Numbered from the stretch's first letter, positions 18,791 through 27,726 are shown. The stretch: 61,188 nt of DNA from Patescibacteria group bacterium (GCA_016176685.1 JACOWS010000006.1:1-61188); one strand, 5' to 3'. The notes: a model not told the origin generated them from the letters alone. Numbers and translations: made by a program.

Positions 18791-20341
18791 ATGCCTGCTA
18801 TCCCGACCGCACAAGACATTATTGCTCTTATGGGTGCGCCGAGTGCCGAGGACAAAACCTTGGTAGAGAAAGCGTATGCTTTCGCGGCCGATGCGCACAA
18901 AGACCACAAACGGCTCTCCGGCGAGCCATACCTTATTCACCCCGCCGAGACAGCCAAAGAGCTCGCCAAGCTCGGCATGGGGGCCAAAACAGTTGCGGCT
19001 GGGCTTTTGCACGACACGGTGGAGGATGTCGGCGTGGAGTCCGAAACAATTGAAAAAGAGTTTGGCAAAGAGGTACGCTTTTTGGTAGAGGGGGTAACCA
19101 AGCTCGGCCAGCTTAAGTATCGCGGCACCGGGCGCCATCGGGAGAGTTTGCGCAAATTGTTGGTGGCCACCGGCAAAGACGCTCGAGTTTTGATAATCAA
19201 GCTTATGGACCGGCTCCACAACATGCGCACTCTCGCCTATGTGCCCAAGGAAAAGCGCGAGCGCATTGCGCTGGAGACTCTTGAAATTTACGCGGCCATA
19301 GCACACCGGCTTGGTATGGGCGTGGTGCGCCGCGAGTTGGAGGACCTGGCTTTTGAGCATGCATACCCAAAGGAATTTGCACACACCAAAAAGCTTTTGA
19401 GCGAGAAGGCCAAAGAGGCACAGAAGCGACTCGAGGTAATGGCGCGTACTTTGCGCAAAAAACTTGCCGAGGGCGGTATTGTAAAGTTTGAGAGTGACCA
19501 TCGCGTCAAGGGTATTTGGAGTCTTCATCAAAAATTAAAACGTAAAGGTGGTGACATGAGCGAGATCCATGACATCGCGGCGCTACGCGTGGTGGTTGCG
19601 ACAGTGCCGGAGTGTTACCGTGCTCTGGGGATAGTCAACAACCTATGGCAACCTTTGATGGGCAAAATAAAAGACTACATAGCCTTCCCCAAACCAAACG
19701 GGTATCAGAGCCTGCACACCACGGTATTTACCGGCGATGGCAACATTGTAGAGATACAAATCCGCACCAAGGAAATGCACGATCGGGCAGAGTACGGTAT
19801 TGCCGCACATGTGATGTACAAAGAGCGTGGAGGTACCACTACCAGTCGCGCGTCAAGTTTTGACTGGATCAAAAGTCTTATACCAAAAATAGGTCGCAGT
19901 AGCGAAACAGACAATCCTAAGGTGGAAGAAAAAGTTGAGGAGCGCAGTCACCGCTATGGCGACCCGTCCGCGCCGGAGTGGCTCGCTCGGCTGGGAGAAG
20001 AAGGGGTTGACGACCCCGAGTTTGAGACAACACTTAAAACAGACATTTTTACCCACCGGGTGTTTGCCTTTACCCCCAAGGGCGACGTGGTAGACCTGCC
20101 GCTTAATGCAACTCCAGTCGACTTTGCCTTTGCCATACATTCCGATATCGGCAGTCGGATTTCGGGCGCCAGGGTCAACGGCAAGATGGTGCCTTTCGAC
20201 ACGGTACTACACAATGGCGACATTGTAGAGATAGAAACGCGCAAGTCTGCACGCCCCACAAAAAAATGGCTCAATTATGCGAAGACCACTCTCGCTCGCA
20301 GACACATCCGTAGCGCCCTTGGCCAAGATGAAAAAAGTTAG
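18791..20341 (+). CDS. rel: RelA/SpoT family (p)ppGpp synthetase/hydrolase (HD-SYNTH-TGS, no ACT domain)
   Basis: LLHDTVED, IKLMDRLHNMRT, KDYIAFPKPNGYQSLHT, EIQIRT and the TGS motif TPVDFAFAIHS. Confidence 0.92.
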   Translation: MPAIPTAQDIIALMGAPSAEDKTLVEKAYAFAADAHKDHKRLSGEPYLIHPAETAKELAKLGMGAKTVAAGLLHDTVEDVGVESETIEKEFGKEVRFLVEGVTKLGQLKYRGTGRHRESLRKLLVATGKDARVLIIKLMDRLHNMRTLAYVPKEKRERIALETLEIYAAIAHRLGMGVVRRELEDLAFEHAYPKEFAHTKKLLSEKAKEAQKRLEVMARTLRKKLAEGGIVKFESDHRVKGIWSLHQKLKRKGGDMSEIHDIAALRVVVATVPECYRALGIVNNLWQPLMGKIKDYIAFPKPNGYQSLHTTVFTGDGNIVEIQIRTKEMHDRAEYGIAAHVMYKERGGTTTSRASSFDWIKSLIPKIGRSSETDNPKVEEKVEERSHRYGDPSAPEWLARLGEEGVDDPEFETTLKTDIFTHRVFAFTPKGDVVDLPLNATPVDFAFAIHSDIGSRISGARVNGKMVPFDTVLHNGDIVEIETRKSARPTKKWLNYAKTTLARRHIRSALGQDEKS

Positions 20342-21387
20342 ATTGAGAAGTTTTTCGGGTCAAACGTGTTTTCGTCTATAGTTTTTTCCTCTTCCGAGCG
20401 GTCGTCGAGATACTCCGCAGAAATATCGCCGTCAGCAGAGGCGGCACTGTCCTGCAAAATAGTCTGGCCCGAAGCTCGCTCACCTAGGCGAGCTTCGGGA
20501 GACCCGAGGACTTTTTGCAGGACAGTGCCGCCGGCGTTCTCTTGTTTTATTGAGGTAGCTTTTGCAACCAGCGAGTTGAGCAGTCCGCGCAGGTCGTCCT
20601 CGGTCATAAAGTCTATAGAGACTTTGCCACCGTTCTCCTTTGGCTCTATGGCGACGCGGGTGCCCAATACCTCGGTAAGGTCGCGCTCCATTTGCAAAAT
20701 CTCCGGCGCATAGAGGTACTCTTTTTTGCGCACGCGGTCGGTGGCGATGCGGCGTGCGATAGCCTCTGTGTCGCGCACGGTCAAACGTTTGAGCATAATT
20801 TCTTTAAACAGCACTGCCTGCTCGGCCGGGCGCTCTATAAGCATCAAAAGCGGCCGGGTGTGCCCCTCGTTTATCTTGCCTTCCGCCAGTGCTTGGCGCA
20901 TCTCCTCCGGCAGCCCAAGTATCCGCAGAGAGTTGGAGACATACTCGCGGCTCTTGCCAATTTTGCTGGCAATTTCCGTGTGTTTAAATCCAAACTCTTT
21001 TACCAACTTTTCAAATGCTTGCGCGCGGTCTAAGGGGTTTAAGTCCTCGCGCTGGAGGTTTTCTATAATAGCCAATTCCAGTTTGGTTTTGTCGTCGTCA
21101 AAACCGGCACGGATAAGGACGGGCACTTGAGCTATACCGGCGATTTTTGCGGCGCGCAGGCGCCGCTCGCCGGCTATAAGCTCATACTCGGCAGCCAGCC
21201 CTCCCTCCGCCTTTTCCACCTCGCGGCGCGAGACGGTTAGCGGTTGCAAGACACCATACTGGCGTATGGAGCGCGCAAGGTCGGCCAACTTAGCCTCGTC
21301 AAACTCTTTGCGGGGCTGAAAGGGATTGGGTTTTATCTTGTCTACCTCTATCCAAAAAATCGCGTTGTTGAAAAACTCGGAAGCCAT
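20338..21387 (-). CDS. parB: ParB/Spo0J partition protein with an in-frame hairpin in the C-terminal tail
   Basis: IKPNPFQPRKEF, GVLQPLTV, AGERRLRA and IIENLQREDLNP. Confidence 0.93.
   Translation of the reverse strand: MASEFFNNAIFWIEVDKIKPNPFQPRKEFDEAKLADLARSIRQYGVLQPLTVSRREVEKAEGGLAAEYELIAGERRLRAAKIAGIAQVPVLIRAGFDDDKTKLELAIIENLQREDLNPLDRAQAFEKLVKEFGFKHTEIASKIGKSREYVSNSLRILGLPEEMRQALAEGKINEGHTRPLLMLIERPAEQAVLFKEIMLKRLTVRDTEAIARRIATDRVRKKEYLYAPEILQMERDLTEVLGTRVAIEPKENGGKVSIDFMTEDDLRGLLNSLVAKATSIKQENAGGTVLQKVLGSPEARLGERASGQTILQDSAASADGDISAEYLDDRSEEEKTIDENTFDPKNFSI
20440..20532. repeat. in-frame hairpin element in parB (shares core with dus 7686-7773)
   Basis: Perfect 20-bp arms 20440-20459 and 20513-20532; inner 12-bp stem CCCGAAGCTCGC/GCGAGCTTCGGG. 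Confidence 0.88.
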
Positions 21388-21435
21388 GCAGTGATTGTAT
21401 CACTTTTTTATATTCTGCTCACCAGTTCGCGATTG

Positions 21436-21516
21436 TGCCGGAGGTGGGACTCGAACCCACACCCCTTACGGGACACGATTTTGAGTCGTGCGCGGCTGCC
21501 ATTACGCCACTCCGGC
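21436..21516 (-). tRNA. trnL: tRNA-Leu(CAA)
   Basis: GCCGGAG acceptor; loop CTCAAAA; long variable arm; GGTTCGAGTCC. Confidence 0.94.
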
Positions 21517-21606
21517 AATACTACTCTACCCTACCACCCCCACTATTTTTGTGGTAGTGTGCTCTCGGCAGTTCACTACAAATCAATCTCGAAGAGGAGT
21601 GAGAGT

Positions 21607-22968
21607 ATGAAGTTAGAACCATTACCGGCATTGCGTATGCCGGTCCCGCAAGAAACATGGATCCCGCGGAAGATGCAGGGCGAGGTTGTTGCTTGGATGA
21701 TCGAAGCGGGCCTTATCAAACACGACAACTCCCGCAACCTGCCACTCAAAAAGGGCGGGTTCACGGATGTATACGTCAACCTACGCAACGCACGCAGCCA
21801 CCCCGATGCGCTAAGGACTCTTGCCGAGCTTTATGCCTACCCGCTGCGTTGGCTTGAGCCCGACCTCTTTGTCGAGGTCCCCGACGCGGTGTCCTGCTTC
21901 GCAGGGCCCTTGGCGGTGGAGCTTGGCATGCCCTACACCACGGTGCGAGCCCAGGCCAAGGAAAGCCGCGCCACCGATGCAAACATCATCGGCAGCTGTG
22001 AATCTGGCCAGAGCGTTGTCATTATCGACGACGTCATCACAAACGGCGCCTCCAAGGTACTGCCCTACCGGGCATGCCTCGACAAAAACCTCCAGGTGCA
22101 AGCTTTTGTGGTTTTGGTCGACCGGCAACAGGGCTGGCGGGAGGACTTCCGCGAGCTCGGCATCCGGATGCCCGTGTGGGCTGGGATGACGCTCCATGAC
22201 GTCCGCCGCGAGCTGGTACAGATGGGGGCCATGATGCGCTGTGACTACCGGGTGGAGGACAGCAACCCGATGGTCATCGCACTCGACGGCAAGTCGTGGG
22301 AGGAAATCTTGCCGCTGGTGGAGCAACTGCGGCCCACCGGCTGTATCCTTAAGGTCAACGACTTGCTGTTTGCCAAGGGGATCGAGCACCTCTTGCCGGA
22401 GCTCTCGACCTATGGGCGTGTTATGGCCGACTTGAAGTGCCACGATATACCCCAAACGGTCGAAAATGCCTGCAAGCACCTGCGTATCTGCCCGCCATGG
22501 GCGATGACGGTGCATGCATCCGGCAGTGGCGAGATGGTCAAGGCGGCAAAAAAAGGTCTTGCCCATTGCGGCACCAAAGTCCTCGCCATCACTGTCCTCA
22601 CCTCGCACAACAAGGAGTCGTGCGAGGAAGTGTACCGGCGGCGTCCGCTTGGCGCAGTCAAGCATCTGGCGCAAATCGCGTGGGATGCCGGTGCAGATGG
22701 GTTTGTCTGCTCTCCGGAGGAGGCGCCCCACTTGCGCAAGATGTTCCCCAATGCGCTCATCGTCACGCCTGGCGTGCGCTCGCCCGGCAAGGACACCCAC
22801 GACCAAAAGCGGGTGGCAACGCCTGCGGAGGCAATGAGGTGTGCCGACCACATTGTTATGGGTCGGCACATACTCGGGGCTGACGACCCGGTTGCCGAAG
22901 TGCGTCGCGTCTTGAGCGAAGAGCTCAAGATAGACGCGTTCTCACAAAGTTGGTGGCAACTATCTTAG
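21607..22968 (+). CDS. pyrE-pyrF: fused orotate phosphoribosyltransferase / OMP decarboxylase (PyrE-PyrF, UMP synthase-like)
   Basis: PRPP loop VVIIDDVITNGASK and LPLKKGG...YVNLR; PyrF motifs IALD, DLKCHDIPQTV, LIVTPGVR and VMGR; SD GAGGAG before ATG 21607. Confidence 0.88.
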   Translation: MKLEPLPALRMPVPQETWIPRKMQGEVVAWMIEAGLIKHDNSRNLPLKKGGFTDVYVNLRNARSHPDALRTLAELYAYPLRWLEPDLFVEVPDAVSCFAGPLAVELGMPYTTVRAQAKESRATDANIIGSCESGQSVVIIDDVITNGASKVLPYRACLDKNLQVQAFVVLVDRQQGWREDFRELGIRMPVWAGMTLHDVRRELVQMGAMMRCDYRVEDSNPMVIALDGKSWEEILPLVEQLRPTGCILKVNDLLFAKGIEHLLPELSTYGRVMADLKCHDIPQTVENACKHLRICPPWAMTVHASGSGEMVKAAKKGLAHCGTKVLAITVLTSHNKESCEEVYRRRPLGAVKHLAQIAWDAGADGFVCSPEEAPHLRKMFPNALIVTPGVRSPGKDTHDQKRVATPAEAMRCADHIVMGRHILGADDPVAEVRRVLSEELKIDAFSQSWWQLS

Positions 22969-22979
22969 ACTAGACCTGT

Positions 22980-23020
22980 GCACCCCGCCTTCCGTTTGGA
23001 GGCGGGGTGCTTTCTTTTTT
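22980..23020 (+). terminator. intrinsic terminator after pyrE-pyrF
   Basis: GCACCCCGCC/GGCGGGGTGC stem followed by TTTCTTTTTT. Confidence 0.85.
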
Positions 23021-23045
23021 ATGCAAAGCGCGGTACAAAAATGTC

Positions 23046-24011
23046 GTGGCAAAAAAGATTAGAATAATTGCGGTGGTGGGTCCTACCGCTTCTGGCAAGT
23101 CTTCGCTCGGGGTCTACCTTGCACAAAAGTGCGGGGGTGAAATCATTTCTGCCGACAGCCGGCAAGTATACCGCGGGCTTAACATCGGCAGCGGCAAGGT
23201 AACAAAAAAAGAAATGGCGGGTGTCCCCCACCACCTGCTTGATGTTGCCTCACCAAAAAAGCAATTTTCTGCCGACGACTTTGTAAAACATTCAGAAAGA
23301 GCGATAAAAGATATAACGGAAAGTGACTTGATATATCAAGTCACTTTCCGCGCGCAACTCCCCCCCGTGCCAATTGTGGTGGGCGGCACCGGGTTTTATA
23401 CAGACGCGCTTTTGGGGCGCATTACCCTGCCCCAGGTACCGCCAAACCAAAAACTGCGAGAACAACTGGAACAAAAAACAGTCGAGCAATTATTCAAACA
23501 ACTCAAAAAGCTCGATCCCAATCGTGCCAAAACTATAGAGCCATACCACAAGCGCCGGCTCATCAGAGCAATAGAAATAGCTAAATATCCCAACAAATTA
23601 TTGACTACTGGTAAAAATCATAGAGGCGATGCCTCTATGAAATATGATGTGCTTTGGCTTGGTCTTAAGCCCAATACAGAAAAGTTAAAGAAAAACATTC
23701 ATACTCGCCTGCTGGCTCGACTTAAACAAGGCATGGTCGCAGAGGCCAAGCGCCTGCATGCCAGGGGGCTTTCGTACAAACGGATGGAGGAGCTGGGGCT
23801 GGAGTATCGCTCGCTTGCAAAATTTTTACAGAAAAAAATAAGCAAAAAAGAGCTTGAGGAAGAAATAGAGCGTGGTAATTGGCTCTACGCCAAACGGCAA
23901 ATGCGCTGGTTTAAACGCAACCCCGACATCCACTGGGTCAAAAGCCCGCCTGACAGTCGGGCAGGCAAAACAGAGGCCCTGCGGTTGGCGCGAAAGTTTT
24001 TAAAAGATTAG
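23046..24011 (+). CDS. miaA: tRNA dimethylallyltransferase with three in-frame palindromes
   Basis: VVGPTASGKS, IISADSRQVYRG, VVGGTGFY, RRLIRAIE and YAKRQMRWF; GTG start inferred at 23046. Confidence 0.94.
   Translation: MAKKIRIIAVVGPTASGKSSLGVYLAQKCGGEIISADSRQVYRGLNIGSGKVTKKEMAGVPHHLLDVASPKKQFSADDFVKHSERAIKDITESDLIYQVTFRAQLPPVPIVVGGTGFYTDALLGRITLPQVPPNQKLREQLEQKTVEQLFKQLKKLDPNRAKTIEPYHKRRLIRAIEIAKYPNKLLTTGKNHRGDASMKYDVLWLGLKPNTEKLKKNIHTRLLARLKQGMVAEAKRLHARGLSYKRMEELGLEYRSLAKFLQKKISKKELEEEIERGNWLYAKRQMRWFKRNPDIHWVKSPPDSRAGKTEALRLARKFLKD
23317..23350. repeat. perfect 34-bp palindrome in miaA
   Basis: CGGAAAGTGACTTGATATATCAAGTCACTTTCCG. Confidence 0.92.
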
Positions 24012-24012
24012 G

Positions 24013-24084
24013 CGGGCCCACTCCGACTCGAACGGAGAACTCTTCTTTTGGAGAGAAGTGTTTTACCATTGAAACTATAGGCCC
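24013..24084 (-). tRNA. trnW: tRNA-Trp(CCA)
   Basis: GGGCCTA/TGGGCCC acceptor; loop CTCCAAA; CGTTCGAGTCG T-arm. Confidence 0.93.
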
Positions 24085-24740
24085 TTTTGCAGAAAAGCTC
24101 TTGCTATGGCATGTACTTGTCGAGCAATCCTTACATCATAGTACCGTACACTGGCGCACCCTGCATACCCCTTCCGTACATTGCGCCCGCCGTTCTGTTT
24201 TTGATACGGCTTGGTAAACTGCTCAAGTGGGATAGTGGTAACCTCCGACCAAAAAATCAGTTGTTTTTTAGGATTATGATAGTGGTGCAAGTGTATGCAA
24301 ACTCTGAACTTCTTCTCATCTATTGCATACCCTTTCCTGAGATTTCTCAAAAAAGTTTTTACCAACGTCGGGTCTGAATTAGTGAAGATAAGGGATTTGT
24401 CATTTTTTGATTTTTCTCCTTCACACCAGTAGAGCAATGCGCAAATTAGCCTAGCTTGATCGATGCTGTAGGAAATATTTCCGAGCACTTCTTTGGCAAA
24501 GGTATTAGCTTGCTCTAGGTTACGTCTTGTCTGACTCTGATGAGTAAGTGCCGACTTTTCATTGGCTTGCTTACGTTTGACAAGGATTGAGTTACGAGCT
24601 TTTAAAGACAGCTCGATACCGCGCGCCCAATTAGAAGCAGATGACTTTGAGACCCTGAGAATGCCACTAATCTCACTTAATGAGTGCCCTTCCCGGCGCA
24701 ATCGGCGTGCCTTCTCCCTTTCTAAACTTTTAACCCTCAT
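24075..24740 (-). CDS. HTH + LAGLIDADG-like putative endonuclease
   Basis: N-terminal HTH (LRREGHSLSEISGILRVSKSSASNW); LYWCEGEK...FTNSDP LAGLIDADG-like helix; the stop codon lies inside tRNA-Trp. Confidence 0.75.
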   Translation of the reverse strand: MRVKSLEREKARRLRREGHSLSEISGILRVSKSSASNWARGIELSLKARNSILVKRKQANEKSALTHQSQTRRNLEQANTFAKEVLGNISYSIDQARLICALLYWCEGEKSKNDKSLIFTNSDPTLVKTFLRNLRKGYAIDEKKFRVCIHLHHYHNPKKQLIFWSEVTTIPLEQFTKPYQKQNGGRNVRKGYAGCASVRYYDVRIARQVHAIARAFLQKGL

Positions 24741-24788
24741 CGAACCTATTATAACAGTTACATTACAGCAAGTACAAACACTGCTAAT

Positions 24789-24947
24789 CTACTTCTTGGC
24801 CTCTTTGTGGATGGTCCCCGCCCGGCACCACTTGCAGTACTTTTTAAGCTCTATTTTGCGCTCCACCAGCTTCTTGTTTTTGGAGCTCCAATAGTTAATG
24901 CGCTTGCACTTCTGGCATTGCAGTTTGATGAGTCTATCTTGTGACAT
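24789..24947 (-). CDS. rpmG: 50S ribosomal protein L33 (Zn-binding type)
   Basis: Manual translation MSQDRLIKLQCQKCKRINYWSSKNKKLVERKIELKKYCKWCRAGTIHKEAKK; absent from the ORF track (52 aa). Confidence 0.93.
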   Translation of the reverse strand: MSQDRLIKLQCQKCKRINYWSSKNKKLVERKIELKKYCKWCRAGTIHKEAKK

Positions 24948-24989
24948 AGGTCACAGAAATATACCCTAAATGACGTCTTTTAGCAACGG

Positions 24990-25598
24990 TTAGAGCACCG
25001 TGGCCCCAGGACAAAAACTAAAACCAAGGTTTTTACTGGAGTACAGAGGATTAACAGCGTAAGACACGCCCACCCAATAGGTAAGTAGACACATGGCGGT
25101 TTCGTCGATACCAAGAGTTTGCATAAGATACTGTTGCGCATTGAGCCGCGCTTCTCCTATAGGTTCTTGTGAAAGTCCTATGGTAAAACTTTGGTCAGAC
25201 CCGTTGTAAAGTATGTCATAGGGTGGAGAGTTTTCTGTCGGAGGGACCCCTCCAGCAAGAAAGTAGTTCCCGGGATTATTTTTATCCTCCATGGTGCTGG
25301 GTGCATTGATAAAATCGCGCACCGTGATAATCCCTCCATTTCTAGCGGAAACAACCATGGTAGGTTCTTCCCCGGCAGTGCCTTGAGTACCCGTAGTAAC
25401 GGGAACTTGCGAGGTGTTGGGTATACTTCCTCCAGGATACACCGTGGTGCCTCCGGGTTGGCTCGTACTTCCATCACCAAACCCTCTTAGCACAAGAACG
25501 AATATACCAAGCGCAACTATGAGTCCCGCGGTTACCATAATACCGACGGTCCACAATATTTTAGTAATGCGGTTGGAGTTGAGTGGTGAGGGAGGCAT
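24990..25598 (-). CDS. membrane-anchored hypothetical protein
   Basis: N-terminal TM, Thr/Gly-rich linker and a globular C-terminal domain with two Cys; downstream of the pilin fusion. Confidence 0.7.
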   Translation of the reverse strand: MPPSPLNSNRITKILWTVGIMVTAGLIVALGIFVLVLRGFGDGSTSQPGGTTVYPGGSIPNTSQVPVTTGTQGTAGEEPTMVVSARNGGIITVRDFINAPSTMEDKNNPGNYFLAGGVPPTENSPPYDILYNGSDQSFTIGLSQEPIGEARLNAQQYLMQTLGIDETAMCLLTYWVGVSYAVNPLYSSKNLGFSFCPGATVL

Positions 25599-25624
25599 AC
25601 TGTTGATATAGTACCACTATACCG

Positions 25625-27064
25625 TTAATTACAATTGCCGTATGCACCCCAAGCGGTAGGACCTTGGGTCTTTAAAATAGTCTGCGCCGCCTGCGTGTTG
25701 CATTGCACATTTAACGCCGCTTGTACGCATTGCCGGTACAATGATGGGTTAATAACGGTTACATTGTGTTTGTTCGCCGAATATTTTCCGGAGAATGCAT
25801 TTGTGCAATTTAGGACTTGGCCCTGGCAGGCAAAACTATTCTGCCAAGAAAGATTGATCTGATACAAACCAACAGATATTGCCTGTCCGGCCGGTGTTTT
25901 ATCGACACGACTGTAGTTGTTAGCGCCACATGCGCTTTCCCCTTGGGCGATACACGACATAAGGGCTGCTTGTGACCCCCAGGTTGATTGCAGACTAGCA
26001 GGAGAGCAGGTACCTACCCCTACCGCAGAAAGGGGCACGCTTATTGCGCCCAACGACGCACCCGTAGGGTCTATACAACTACCGCCTTGCAGCGTATAAC
26101 CCGCAGGACAACTCGCTACGCCTGTTGGATCCACGCACACCCCTTGCATAAAAGTACCGCCAGTTGACGCACAGGGGTCTATATAGGTCGTCGGCGTGTA
26201 GCTTGACAACCCCGGCAGTGTATTCAAGAAATCACCTACGGTTACCGTATAGTCAACGCCGGGGCGTTTCTGCCCCGAATCACACTGCAAATCGTTCCAA
26301 TGCCCGCCAATGTAGAAGTCTTGCTTAACCAAGACGCTCAAGACGGTTTGCACTACCAGCCAGCCGGTAAGCGCGAACAAAAAACCGATAAAGACATTTT
26401 TAAAAATACCTTTGGCCCTTGTTATATTTGTTTTATTAGCGGCAGAGGTAAAGTACAAGATGCCCGCCCAGGCAAACATAATGACCGCGATGGGGATAGA
26501 AAGACCGATTAAAAAGTTGATGATGTTTTGTATGAGCTGGCCCGCATCACACAAGTTGCAGTTGATACCATTACAAGTCACCAAACCGCCTGCGGGGGGG
26601 CCGCTTTGTGATGATCTGTTCAACTGCGGACTATAGATAGGTGTGGGGTTTGGTTGCGTCTCACTAAGTGAGTTGTTGCCGCCTCCGCCAGAAGGTGTTG
26701 GCGGATTTTCCATCAGGTAACCGCTTGAGCCAGGATAGATATAATTATTTTGTGCGGAAGCAACGGTCACTTTTGCAGAGCAGGTAGTTGTCCCTAAAGA
26801 TCCTACAAAGGTGCCGTTGTAGATAGTGGTGGTGTTTGGACTTACGGTCCTAGCGCCGGAGGTAGCAACATTGCCGAGCGTTGAGATGGTTCCACTGGCC
26901 ACATTGACACTATTCCAGACCAGCTGGGTTGAACCGCCCGGAGCTATGGTGCTTGGATTGGCCTTAATGAAACAACTGGGAAAAGAAAGCTCGGCGGCGT
27001 AGACGGGAGCAGAGACAAGCAGAAAAAAAACGCCGCTCATGAGCCACACAAACCATCGGTTCAT
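25625..27064 (-). CDS. secreted Ig-like + VirB2/TrbC-like pilin + Cys repeats + lysozyme/SLT-like fusion protein
   Basis: Signal peptide; Ig-like segment; pilin hairpin (IINFLIGLSIPIAVIMFAWAGILYFTSAAN...AKGIFKNVFIG); C-terminal CIAQGES...SVGLYQIN...AW. Confidence 0.7.
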   Translation of the reverse strand: MNRWFVWLMSGVFFLLVSAPVYAAELSFPSCFIKANPSTIAPGGSTQLVWNSVNVASGTISTLGNVATSGARTVSPNTTTIYNGTFVGSLGTTTCSAKVTVASAQNNYIYPGSSGYLMENPPTPSGGGGNNSLSETQPNPTPIYSPQLNRSSQSGPPAGGLVTCNGINCNLCDAGQLIQNIINFLIGLSIPIAVIMFAWAGILYFTSAANKTNITRAKGIFKNVFIGFLFALTGWLVVQTVLSVLVKQDFYIGGHWNDLQCDSGQKRPGVDYTVTVGDFLNTLPGLSSYTPTTYIDPCASTGGTFMQGVCVDPTGVASCPAGYTLQGGSCIDPTGASLGAISVPLSAVGVGTCSPASLQSTWGSQAALMSCIAQGESACGANNYSRVDKTPAGQAISVGLYQINLSWQNSFACQGQVLNCTNAFSGKYSANKHNVTVINPSLYRQCVQAALNVQCNTQAAQTILKTQGPTAWGAYGNCN

Positions 27065-27127
27065 ACTTTCTTATGATAGCACTTGTTTTTGCGCGCCTGC
27101 CCCCTTTGTTGTACTCTTTGTGGGTAT

Positions 27128-27213
27128 GCGTCGGTGGTAGAGTGGTCAATTACAACAGGCTGTAAACCTGTCGCCTTCGGGCTACGGAGGTTCGAATCCT
27201 CCCCGGCGCACCA
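27128..27213 (+). tRNA. trnY: tRNA-Tyr(GTA)
   Basis: Loop CTGTAAA, long variable arm, GGTTCGAATCC, encoded CCA. Confidence 0.95.
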
Positions 27214-27349
27214 TTTAGGAAATTGCAAGTCAGAGCTCGCCGCCGCGTAGGACGCGGCGGCTGGCGCATAGTGCGGTTTCGGGTCAAAAACAAATTTGAT
27301 TGGAAAAAAGAAAATTCTTTTGGCATTTAGAAACTAATCAAAACAAACT

Positions 27350-27535
27350 ATGAAGTACGTACTTTACGCTAGAAAGTCCACAGAGGAAGATGACCGCCAA
27401 GTATTGAGCATTGAAGCTCAGCTCGCTGAGCTGTCTTTGTATTCCGCCAAAGAAAAATTTGATATTGTCGCCTCCTTTGAGGAGGCGAAAACCGCCAAGG
27501 AGCCCGGAAAACCATCGGCCCGAACCATGTGTTGA
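27350..27535 (+). pseudogene. serine recombinase/resolvase N-terminal fragment
   Basis: YVLYARKSTEEDDRQVLSIEAQ catalytic motif (YxRxS...Q), truncated at 61 aa by a TGA inside a 31-bp repeat. Confidence 0.85.
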
Positions 27536-27623
27536 TTGGAAAAAAGAAAATTCTTTTGGCATACGCTCAATTGCGATAAATACGTTGGTACATATGGGTA
27601 GTTTTTGATGTCCACACAACCAC

Positions 27624-27653
27624 TTGACAGCTTCATACTTTAGGGTGTATAAT
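27624..27653 (+). promoter_or_regulatory. consensus sigma70 promoter
   Basis: TTGACA-N18-TATAAT, with exact consensus hexamers. Confidence 0.8.
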
Positions 27654-27726
27654 TACAGGGTCATTGGATTCTCTAATGACCCCTACCACGAGGGCTTCGT
27701 GGATGAAGCACCTTGAGGAGAGAAAC

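Noticed and set aside
21244-21606. N-terminal extension of the PyrE-PyrF ORF
   Set aside because: It runs across the antisense of parB and tRNA-Leu; an SD-led ATG at 21607 is the credible start.
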